Shown here: positions 53,077 to 61,177 of the stretch, one piece after another
How positions within the stretch are numbered: position 1 is the first letter of the stretch
Layout of the letters: the number at the start of each line of letters is the position of its first letter
From: Desulfobacterales bacterium
GTDB lineage: Bacteria; Desulfobacterota; Desulfobacteria; Desulfobacterales; ETH-SRB1
DNA length: 63,654 bases
NCBI GenBank assembly: GCA_030610995.1
Contig: JAUWQO010000004.1
Span: forward strand, 1-63,654
Reading direction: 5' to 3'
Notes under the pieces: model-generated
Told to the model about the DNA's origin: nothing
Databases searched by the model: none
What the model saw: the letters and a program-made list of their open reading frames with translations, nothing else
Position numbers and translations under genes: made by a program

Positions 53077-53511
53077 ATGGGATTTGTTTACCCTACACTT
53101 GAACAGGCCGTGAATGTACATCAGAAAACCGTTGAGATCAGCGGTGGCGGAACGATGGGAAAATTGGATATGGGAAGGCTCGAAAGTGTTCTTTGCCATA
53201 TCCAAAACGATGACTACTATCCGGTTTTCGAAGACAAACTGACCCATCTCTTTTTCGGAGCCTGTAAATTCCATTGTTTTGAAGACGGAAACAAACGGAT
53301 CGCCATTTCATTGGGTGCCCAGTTCTTATTGCTGAACGGTTATGTTTTCGTTACCAAGCGGTTTATCCATGAGATGGAAAATATCAGCTATCATGTCGCA
53401 ACGGGAGAAATTGATAAAGACCTGCTTAAAGAGATTATCTCCGCTGTCATTGAAGATGATATGGAACGTGAAGGTTTGAAACTGAAGATATTAATGGCGA
53501 TTTCAGATTAA
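53077..53511 (+). CDS. doc: Doc (death-on-curing) family toxin, Fic/Doc superfamily
   Basis: HCFEDGNKRIAISL motif (HxFxDGNKR), ~140 aa. Confidence 0.85.
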   Translation: MGFVYPTLEQAVNVHQKTVEISGGGTMGKLDMGRLESVLCHIQNDDYYPVFEDKLTHLFFGACKFHCFEDGNKRIAISLGAQFLLLNGYVFVTKRFIHEMENISYHVATGEIDKDLLKEIISAVIEDDMEREGLKLKILMAISD

Positions 53512-53545
53512 CATTATGAACCACGGATGGACAAAGGTTCCAGCC

Positions 53546-53831
53546 GGAATTTTACAAATTCATTACCGGAAGTATTCTGGTAGCCCACAATGCAAGCTTT
53601 GATATCGGATTTCTAAGACACGAATTTGCTTTATTAGGAATAGGCCTGAACAACCGGTCTTTATGCACACTAAAAATGAGCAGAAAGCTATATCCGCATT
53701 TGCCCGATCATAAACTGGAAACAGTTAGTCAATACCTGCTTGGAGAATCAGTAAATCACATGCAAAGACACCGAGCGCTCGATGATGCGAAGCTTGCTGG
53801 TATGATATGGCTTGAAATGGGGAAGATATGA
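53546..53831 (+). pseudogene. 3' fragment (last ~95 codons, frame intact) of a second, diverged DEDDh exonuclease gene
   Basis: Ungapped match to 51711..51996 including an identical run of more than 50 nt; lacks ExoI, keeps ExoII/III; ends in its own stop at 53829..53831. Confidence 0.7.
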
Positions 53832-54581
53832 GTGGTTCAGTCCATAAGACTGTGTCAGCCGCGAATGGATTGGAGGGTGTCAATGACGGCGAAGCCGATC
53901 AAAAGGAAGAGTGACAAGCTTGTGAGCATACAGGGGTATGATGGCCTTCTTTCCGGCATGGTCTCTCTCATTGAGGAGGCGCGACGGGTATCAGCACGAA
54001 CCGTCAACGCCATCATGACGGCAACCTACTGGGAGATAGGTCGCCGCATTGTAGAAAACGAGCAGGGCGGGAAACGGCGGGCTGGGTATGGAGAGGCTCT
54101 GCTCAAGCAACTTTCGGCAGATCTTGCGAGCCGGTTTGGTCGAGGCTTCGCAAAAAGCAATCTCTACCAGATGCGGACCTTCTATCTGACGTATCAGGAT
54201 ATTTTCCAGACGGCGTTTGGAAAATCAAAGTCCCGAAAATTCCAGACACCGTCTGGAAAATCTCAGCCTCACAATTCGCAGACTCCGTCCGCGGAATTGA
54301 CTGTTCAGGCCATCTCAGAACGGTTTCCGCTCCCTTGGTCTGCCTATAATCCCGACGGACCTTGGACATATCAACATCAAACGTCTATTCACGGTAAACG
54401 TGATGGGTTTACAATAGCAGATTTGCTTGCCGTTGGTAAAGAGATGAATATCAAGTCCGGCCTCCCGATTATCAAAGCGGTAATAGAATCAGTTTCACAA
54501 TGGCCGCGTTTTGCCAGTGAGGCCGGGGTCGAGAACAGGCAGATTGAAGCCATCGGGAAGGTGCATCGGTTGAGTCTATAA
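53832..54581 (+). pseudogene. Chimeric ORF: DUF1016/YhcG N-terminal region fused to a HipA-like C-terminal tail
   Basis: aa ~40-170 resemble the DUF1016 N-domain (TATYWEIGRRIVENEQ..GYGEALLKQLSADL, FPLPWSAY); from AYNPDG onward it reads like the end of HipA kinases (..SIHGKRDGFTIADLL..WPRFASEAGV); nuclease core and kinase core both missing. Confidence 0.5.
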
Positions 54582-54583
54582 TT

Positions 54584-54748
54584 TTGATGGCGTCGTAAAA
54601 AGTCCCATCTACTGTGTTGTAGTATTTTTTCAGACCCTCGACATACTATATATATGCCTTCGGTCCTGAAAAACTACTACGCCTTGTATATGAACCTTTT
54701 TACTTAGCCATCTGCAGTTAAATTCGTGACTTTTTACGAGTTCATCAA
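54584..54748. repeat. TIR-bounded miniature element, family tcgtaaaaagtc, inside the island
   Basis: ttgatggcgtcgtaaaaagtc / gtgactttttacgagttcatcaa ends. Confidence 0.7.
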
Positions 54749-54818
54749 TTTTATATGCTGTAACAACTGCTAACTGCGAGTTAGGGCAAAAGCTGAAGAT
54801 TTCGCAACCTGCAGTAAG

Positions 54819-54910
54819 TTTAGCGGTTAAACGCTTAAGAGCAATTCGTTATACGCCACAATTACTCATTAAAACCTTAACAGTAATTTATAAACCAATG
54901 TACGAAAGTC
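54819..54910. repeat. Dispersed ~97-bp repeat (copy 2; see 33..129), here extended upstream into an HTH-like reading frame
   Basis: Frame reads ..ELGQKLKISQPAVSLAVKRLRAIRYTPQLLIKTLTVIYKPMYESRK* with no start codon. Confidence 0.7.
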
Positions 54911-55016
54911 GGAAATAGAAAATGAACACGAAAAAACTTTTATTTCTTTCCCCTTTTGTGCTAACCACAAAAAGATTAACCGTAATACATAAATAAAATA
55001 AAAAATATAGCTCACT

Positions 55017-56909
55017 ATGGAATTAAAATCAAAAGTTTCGATTTTTCCATCGCCCCGCCCGATTCTGAAATGGGCAGGGGGAAAACAGCAATTATTACCC
55101 ATCCTTTTATCCAAAACCCCAAAAAATTTTAACAGGTACATAGAACCATTCTTTGGTGGCGGAGCATTATTTTTTGCATTACAGCCTGACAAGGCCATCA
55201 TTTCAGAATCCAATCCGGAACTTATAAACTTCTATCGTATAATCTCGAAAAATGTTGATAGTCTCATACAAAAACTTTATGAATTCAGGTTAGATAAAGA
55301 AGAATATTATAATATCCGGGTATTGGATTTTCAAAAACTTCCTCCGGTTGAAGCCGCCGCAAGAACCATCTATCTAAATCGGCTCTGTTTTAACGGTCTT
55401 TACCGTGTAAATCGAAAAGGTATGTTTAATGTGCCTTACGGATATTATAAAAATCCCCGCACATGTAACCCGGAAGGCTTAAAAATCGCATCTGAAGCCT
55501 TAAAAAACGCGACCATCATCCAGGGGGATTATAAAGATGTTCTACGCGACTATGCTAAACCGGGAGATTATATATATCTCGACCCTCCTTACCTGCCTAT
55601 TTCGGAATACTCTGATTTTAAACGTTATACCAAAGAGCAATTCTATGAAGAAGATCACGTTGAACTTGCAGAGGAAGTAAAACGACTGCATGAACTTGGA
55701 TGTTACGTTTTATTGACAAATTCCAACCATCCAATGGTTTATGAGATGTACAACGGTTTTGAAATCGAAGTTATTCAAACTCGCAGGAATATCAATAAAA
55801 AAGGCAATAAGCGTAAAGGGGAGGATGTTGTAATCTATATTCCTCCACGCCGGTATTTTCTCATAAGCCCTGTTCCACCGGAATTACCAAAGCAGGCAAA
55901 AGCATATCCGTCCACACGTTTTATGGGGAGCAAGCAATCTCTTTTAAAGCATATATGGAACGTAGCATCACAATTTGAATTTGAAACCGTACTTGATATA
56001 TTTAGTGGAAGCGGTGTCGTTGGTTATATGTTCAAATCGTTCAACAAACAGGTTATAAGCAACGATTACATGGCTATGTGTGCCACATTTGCCGAAGCCA
56101 TGATAGCCAATAACACCGAAACACTTGACAAAAGCGAAGTTGAATTTCTGTTATCTCCATCTGCAAAAACAGATGATTTTGTAAGTCAAACTTTTCAAGG
56201 ACTCTATTTTATTGATGAAGAAAACGCATTTATTGACCAAATCCGGGGAAATATAAAAAGGCTTAAAAATAAAACCAAAAGGTCAATAGCCACATCCGCA
56301 CTTATACGTGCCTGCCTGAAAAAACGCCCCAGGGGAATCTTTACCTATACCGGACATAGGTATGATGACGGACGGAAAGATCTCCGGTTATCTCTGAAAG
56401 AACACTTTTTAAAAGCCGTTAAATGTACAAATCAGGCTGTTTTCGATAACAGCAAAGGAAATAAAGCCAGGTGCGGAGATGCCATGACCATCCGGTTAAA
56501 ACCGGATTTGGTCTATATTGACCCTCCTTATTATAGCCCATATTCCGACAATGAATATGTCAGGCGGTATCATTTTGTTGAAGGATTGGCGTGTAACTGG
56601 AAAGGTGTGGAAATGCAATGGCATACGAAAACCCGAAAATTTAAAAGCTATCCCACCCCCTTCAATTCAAGGATAGGAGCACATGACGCATTTAACAAAC
56701 TGTTTCGGAAATTTAAGGATAGTGTTCTAATCGTTTCCTATTCATCAAATTCCTTTCCAAATCAGGAAGAACTAACAAACCTCATGGCAAAATATAAAAG
56801 CCAGGTCGAGGTTGTTTCGATAGACTATCGATACAGCGCAGGAAACCAGGGACACAAAATCAACGACAATAATAACAAGGTGCGGGAATACCTGTTTGTA
56901 GGTTTTTGA
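55017..56909 (+). CDS. Tandem double Dam-like (D12 class) N6-adenine DNA methyltransferase
   Basis: Two complete modules: (1) LKWAGGKQQLL, EPFFGGGALFF, YLDPPY; (2) FMGSKQSLL, LDIFSGSGVVG, YIDPPY; fusion of two such modules is typical of methylases serving asymmetric (Type IIS) sites. Confidence 0.8.
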   Translation: MELKSKVSIFPSPRPILKWAGGKQQLLPILLSKTPKNFNRYIEPFFGGGALFFALQPDKAIISESNPELINFYRIISKNVDSLIQKLYEFRLDKEEYYNIRVLDFQKLPPVEAAARTIYLNRLCFNGLYRVNRKGMFNVPYGYYKNPRTCNPEGLKIASEALKNATIIQGDYKDVLRDYAKPGDYIYLDPPYLPISEYSDFKRYTKEQFYEEDHVELAEEVKRLHELGCYVLLTNSNHPMVYEMYNGFEIEVIQTRRNINKKGNKRKGEDVVIYIPPRRYFLISPVPPELPKQAKAYPSTRFMGSKQSLLKHIWNVASQFEFETVLDIFSGSGVVGYMFKSFNKQVISNDYMAMCATFAEAMIANNTETLDKSEVEFLLSPSAKTDDFVSQTFQGLYFIDEENAFIDQIRGNIKRLKNKTKRSIATSALIRACLKKRPRGIFTYTGHRYDDGRKDLRLSLKEHFLKAVKCTNQAVFDNSKGNKARCGDAMTIRLKPDLVYIDPPYYSPYSDNEYVRRYHFVEGLACNWKGVEMQWHTKTRKFKSYPTPFNSRIGAHDAFNKLFRKFKDSVLIVSYSSNSFPNQEELTNLMAKYKSQVEVVSIDYRYSAGNQGHKINDNNNKVREYLFVGF

Positions 56910-56911
56910 TT

Positions 56912-58675
56912 ATGGCAAATCCATGGCACATAGGAAACACAACAGTCAGAACCCCTTACCGTTTAAGAGATGCTTTAATTGCTTTAGCGCATTCAGAATA
57001 TCATGGCAATCTGGTAGGAAAAGTCAGAGAAAGTGGATTCGCAAGATTACTTCATGAAAAAGAAATCTTAAAAGCTGAACGAATTGACCAGGACGATTCA
57101 CAGGACTTTAGCGATTTAGGAAGAAAGTGGAGAAGTGCCCTTGCCCAATTAGGTTTTGTGATTCAACATCTTACCAGAGAACACCAAAAAGGAATAGACC
57201 CGAAATATAAAGATTTTATCAAAGAACACCCCGATTTTTCGGGGATACCATATGAAGTGACTCCAAACGGAATCAATCTTATCAATGCCGATACAATACC
57301 CGCACAGCAAGAATGTTTTTTAAGAGCATTGGCGGCATACAGAATACCATCTGTATTTGAACCTCGATACAAAGTTAAACAATTTTCACCCTTACACCAT
57401 GTACTTAAAATCCTAAAAAATCTCGAAAACAAAAAAGTCGAGCCTGTAATAAAATTTTGGGAAATGGCGGTTTTGCAATTAACAACTCCCGAAAACGGTT
57501 ACGAAAACATCACAAACAACATCCTCAAATACAGAGAAGAAAGAAAAAAGAGTGCCAACAAAAAAAGATTCGATCAGGAAATGAGGCTAAAAGCAACAAG
57601 CGGCAACATAACAAGGGCAAGAACTCTTAAAGATTACGCCGACTTAAATATTCGATATCTTAAAGCCACAGGTCTGTTTCAATCTTCCGGCAGAGGAATA
57701 ACATTTTTACCGGAAAAACGCATCCTGGTTGAAAAACTCCTTGAAGATGAATTTACAATCTATGATGACAATACATACATAAAAGAAATATGGACAGGAG
57801 CTACATTGCCAACTGATAACAGAGAAACAGCGCAAACTGTTATCAAATCATTAGTCGGTAATATCAAAGAATTCGGTGAAAAAATCGCCCTCCCGAGACT
57901 TGAAGATAAAACCTCTCAAGAACTCTCAAACATTCGTCATAATATAGAAGGGCAATTGAGCCGGATAAAAGAAAACGAATTTGCAAATAAGCAAATTATA
58001 AATTGGGAAGAAATCTTATGCTATATGCTTGCTCTTGAAAAACCGGGCAAGAAAATTTCTTTCCAGGATGAAGTGATAAGCATACCACGCGGAGAAGCGC
58101 CGGCTTACTTTGAGTGGATTCTTTGGAGAGCTTTTTTAGCCATTAACTCACTGACAAACAAACCCTGGGAAGCCAGACGATTTAAAATAGACCAGGATTT
58201 TTTGCCAATAGCACCAGCGCCAGGCAGAGGTCCCGATCTCATTTTTGAATTCAAAGATTATGTTCTGGTTGTAGAAGTAACATTAACCTCATCCTCCCGA
58301 CAGGAAGCCGTTGAAGGTGAGCCGGTACGTCGCCACGTTGCCGAAATAGCCGAGCAACACGAAAATACAGGTAAACGAGTATATGGACTATTTATAGCTT
58401 TAAACATAGACAGCAACACCGCTGAAACATTTAAAAGTGGTAACTGGTACAAGCCGGATGATAGTAAACTCCCGCTTCAGATTATTCCAGTCAGGCTTGA
58501 TGATTTTTCCAAACTGTTTGAAGCCGGCTTTAAAGCTGGGGGACTAACTCCCAATAAGATCAGAGAACTGATTACAGAATGCCGTGCTTTGAGTAATTAT
58601 GACGCTCCGGAATGGAAAAGCCAGATAAACAAACAAGTAAAAGAGTTCATAGGGCAAATCATCAAAGACAAATGA
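56912..58675 (+). CDS. AlwI-family-like Type IIS restriction endonuclease
   Basis: N-terminal W.IGNTTVRTPYRL pattern recalls the RE_AlwI family; C-terminal PD..(E)V.. nuclease-like segment GPDLIFEFKDYVLVVEVTL; overlaps/abuts methylase stop (alt. TTG start 56906). Confidence 0.6.
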   Translation: MANPWHIGNTTVRTPYRLRDALIALAHSEYHGNLVGKVRESGFARLLHEKEILKAERIDQDDSQDFSDLGRKWRSALAQLGFVIQHLTREHQKGIDPKYKDFIKEHPDFSGIPYEVTPNGINLINADTIPAQQECFLRALAAYRIPSVFEPRYKVKQFSPLHHVLKILKNLENKKVEPVIKFWEMAVLQLTTPENGYENITNNILKYREERKKSANKKRFDQEMRLKATSGNITRARTLKDYADLNIRYLKATGLFQSSGRGITFLPEKRILVEKLLEDEFTIYDDNTYIKEIWTGATLPTDNRETAQTVIKSLVGNIKEFGEKIALPRLEDKTSQELSNIRHNIEGQLSRIKENEFANKQIINWEEILCYMLALEKPGKKISFQDEVISIPRGEAPAYFEWILWRAFLAINSLTNKPWEARRFKIDQDFLPIAPAPGRGPDLIFEFKDYVLVVEVTLTSSSRQEAVEGEPVRRHVAEIAEQHENTGKRVYGLFIALNIDSNTAETFKSGNWYKPDDSKLPLQIIPVRLDDFSKLFEAGFKAGGLTPNKIRELITECRALSNYDAPEWKSQINKQVKEFIGQIIKDK

Positions 58676-58682
58676 TTTAATA

Positions 58683-58826
58683 AGACCTTTGCATAACCCC
58701 TACTTTTGTTCAATTTTGGTCATTGCGAGGAGCAAAGCGACGTGGCAATCTTGTGGATTATCAACATGTTTTGAGATTGCTTCGCTTTGCTCGCAATGAC
58801 AATACTGGCGTTTTTCAAAGGTCTCT
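58683..58826. repeat. TIR-bounded miniature element, family tttgcataacc..cattgcgag, inside the island
   Basis: agacctttgcataacc / tttttcaaaggtctct ends and cattgcgaggagcaaagcgacg / cgctttgctcgcaatgac arms; explains false N-terminal extension of next ORF. Confidence 0.7.
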
Positions 58827-58833
58827 TAATCTT

Positions 58834-59691
58834 ATGAAGTACTATATTAACGATAACTTAAACATATTTGATTTTGATGTACAGCTCAAAGTTGCTGAAA
58901 GCAATATTTCACCATTTTATTATGATGTTGAGAATAAAATTAAATTATATAACTTAGATACATTTTCATTTTTGCCAAACATACCAGAGAATTGTGTTGA
59001 TCTTGTCTTTGCAGATCCGCCCTATTTTTTGTCATCTGGTGGCATAACATGTAGCAGTGGAAAAAGAGTATGTGTAGATAAAGGGGAGTGGGATAAATCG
59101 CGTAATATTGAATCTATTCATAATTTCAATAAGAAATGGCTGTCAGAAAGTAAGCGGATTTTGAAAGTAAATGGTACGATTTGGGTTTGTGGAACATTTC
59201 ATAATATATTCTCGGTTGGATTTGCTTTACAGGAGTTGGGCTTTAAAATACTAAACAATATTGTATGGGAAAAGAAAGATCCTCCTCCGAATTTAACGCG
59301 TAGATATTTTACCCATGCCTCTGAACATCTTATTTGGGCTGCAAAAACCAAACAATCAAGACATACTTTTAATTATGAAAGACTAAAAACTATTTCAAGT
59401 GGGGAAGCGATAAAATCTGTATGGAGAGATATTTGGAAAATGCCATCAGTTGATCATTCTGAAAAAGTTTTTGGCAAACACCCAACACAAAAGCCTGAAG
59501 GAGTTATTAAAAGAGCTATATTAGCATCCAGTAACACAGGAGACCTGGTTTTCGACCCATTTTGCGGGAGTGGCACAACAGGAGTTGTATGTAAAAAACA
59601 AAATCGAAAATTTGTCGGTATTGATAATAATATAGAATACTTAAATATAGCCAAAAAAAGATTAGCTTCAGCAAGCAATAGAAATAATTAA
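58834..59691 (+). CDS. Beta-class N4/N6 DNA methyltransferase (N6_N4_Mtase family)
   Basis: DLVFADPPYF catalytic motif precedes FDPFCGSGTTG SAM motif (beta-class order); start at Met38 (58834). Confidence 0.8.
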   Translation: MKYYINDNLNIFDFDVQLKVAESNISPFYYDVENKIKLYNLDTFSFLPNIPENCVDLVFADPPYFLSSGGITCSSGKRVCVDKGEWDKSRNIESIHNFNKKWLSESKRILKVNGTIWVCGTFHNIFSVGFALQELGFKILNNIVWEKKDPPPNLTRRYFTHASEHLIWAAKTKQSRHTFNYERLKTISSGEAIKSVWRDIWKMPSVDHSEKVFGKHPTQKPEGVIKRAILASSNTGDLVFDPFCGSGTTGVVCKKQNRKFVGIDNNIEYLNIAKKRLASASNRNN

Positions 59692-60023
59692 ATGAATTCG
59701 GTTTGGGAGCATATTTTTTTGTATAGAATCATGACGAGGATTGCGGATTCAATCGTACTGAAGACATATTGATGCTCCTATCGTTCATCCATATTTTCCA
59801 ATCACATTTCAGCCTCAACATGCAAATTGCCGGTTATTATTTGTTCTTGACCCAACAACTTGTTTTATATTATCAATAATAAATTTAATAGGATGAGAAT
59901 TTCCTTTATTTGATAGGATATAAGAAAAATAAAGAAATCATGTAACTCCTTTTAATTATGTCAAAAAAGTCGCCAGAATAGCGATAGGTTATATAAACAT
60001 AATTGAATTTTTGGTGATATAAG

Positions 60024-60935
60024 ATGGACCAGTTTCGGCGTCACTATTACGAAGTTGTGTTTGAGCGAGACTTCAACAAGAAGAAGGGTGCCGCATTCCA
60101 GGATTTTTTCTCAGAGATTATGGGAAAGGGCTACCCAGGAGATTTTATCCGTACCCGACCGTGGGGAAGCTCCGGTGACAGAAAGAACGATGGCTATTTG
60201 AAATCGCAAAGGATTCTGTTCCAGGTATATGCACCGAATGAAATGACAGAAAGAAAGGCCATTACAAAGGTAGAAGAAGACTTCCACGGAGCTTTGCCTT
60301 ACTGGGAGGCGTTTTTCGACACATGGACCTTCGTTCATAATTCAAGAGAAGGCCTTGGGCCGGGACTCGTCAAAAAGCTGCTCGATCTTGATAGCGGCTA
60401 TCCCGAGATCAAGATACAGACTTGGGACTACGACGTATTGAGAAAAGAGTGTTTTCGGCTCAGCGAAAAGGACATCGCCGCACTGTTCGGACCCGCACCC
60501 TCACAAAGGGACTTCCTCAATCTCGGTTTTGAAGACCTCAAAATAGTACTGAAGACCATCGCGCGCCAGCCGGCTCCAAAAGAGCCAGACCTGAGCCAGG
60601 TCCCTCAAGACAAGATAGATATCAACAGACTTTCGGAAAACACTGCAAGTCTCATCCAGGCTGGTAGAACTAAGAGTACGCTCGTGGGAGATTTCTTCGA
60701 TGGCTGGCCTGACCCTCAATTCGGTGACGAGGTCGTCCAGGCGTTCAAAGCAAAATATGAAGAACTGCGGGGTGCTGAAACCCAGCCCGATAGGATTTTT
60801 CAGGAGCTCCAGATGTTTGCAGGGGGAGAGATCAGGCAAGACACCGGTCACGAGGCAGCGGTTCTCGCTGTGTTGGCGTATCTTTTTGATCATTGCGACA
60901 TATTCGAGGACTCAGTCGAGGGGGATCAACAATGA
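60024..60935 (+). CDS. Predicted effector component of an ABC-three-component / Lamassu-like system (restriction-endonuclease-like N-domain + helical C-domain)
   Basis: 303 aa; N-domain FQDFFSEIM..GSSGDRKNDGY..ILFQVYAP resembles Mrr/PD-(D/E)xK layout with Y in the usual K position; stop overlaps next start (ATGA at 60932..60935). Confidence 0.5.
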   Translation: MDQFRRHYYEVVFERDFNKKKGAAFQDFFSEIMGKGYPGDFIRTRPWGSSGDRKNDGYLKSQRILFQVYAPNEMTERKAITKVEEDFHGALPYWEAFFDTWTFVHNSREGLGPGLVKKLLDLDSGYPEIKIQTWDYDVLRKECFRLSEKDIAALFGPAPSQRDFLNLGFEDLKIVLKTIARQPAPKEPDLSQVPQDKIDINRLSENTASLIQAGRTKSTLVGDFFDGWPDPQFGDEVVQAFKAKYEELRGAETQPDRIFQELQMFAGGEIRQDTGHEAAVLAVLAYLFDHCDIFEDSVEGDQQ

Positions 60936-61177
60936 TACTTCCCACAAAAAGAATCTCTGAGGGAAGATCCTTGATCGGAATCGGCAGTGACGTTCTTAGC
61001 CTCCTTGAAGATCCGAAAACCGTCTCACGACTTTGGGATGAGTTCCAACAAATGAGTAAGATGAAAACCGCTTCGTTAAAGGTGACATACGATTGGTTCG
61101 TGCTTGCACTGGACCTTCTTTACATGCTCAATGCTGTCAGTTTCCATATGGGCCTTGTGAAAAGGATAGAGACATGA
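60932..61177 (+). CDS. Small middle component (81 aa) of the three-gene system
   Basis: ATG 60932 overlaps upstream stop; own stop overlaps downstream ATG (ATGA at 61174..61177); helical, no recognisable catalytic motif. Confidence 0.5.
   Translation: MILPTKRISEGRSLIGIGSDVLSLLEDPKTVSRLWDEFQQMSKMKTASLKVTYDWFVLALDLLYMLNAVSFHMGLVKRIET

Noticed and set aside
59847-59873. TTGACC-N15-TATTAT promoter-like sequence about 150 nt upstream of the three-gene operon
   Set aside because: The spacer is short and the region is AT-rich enough for chance matches. It is mentioned only as a place to start promoter mapping.
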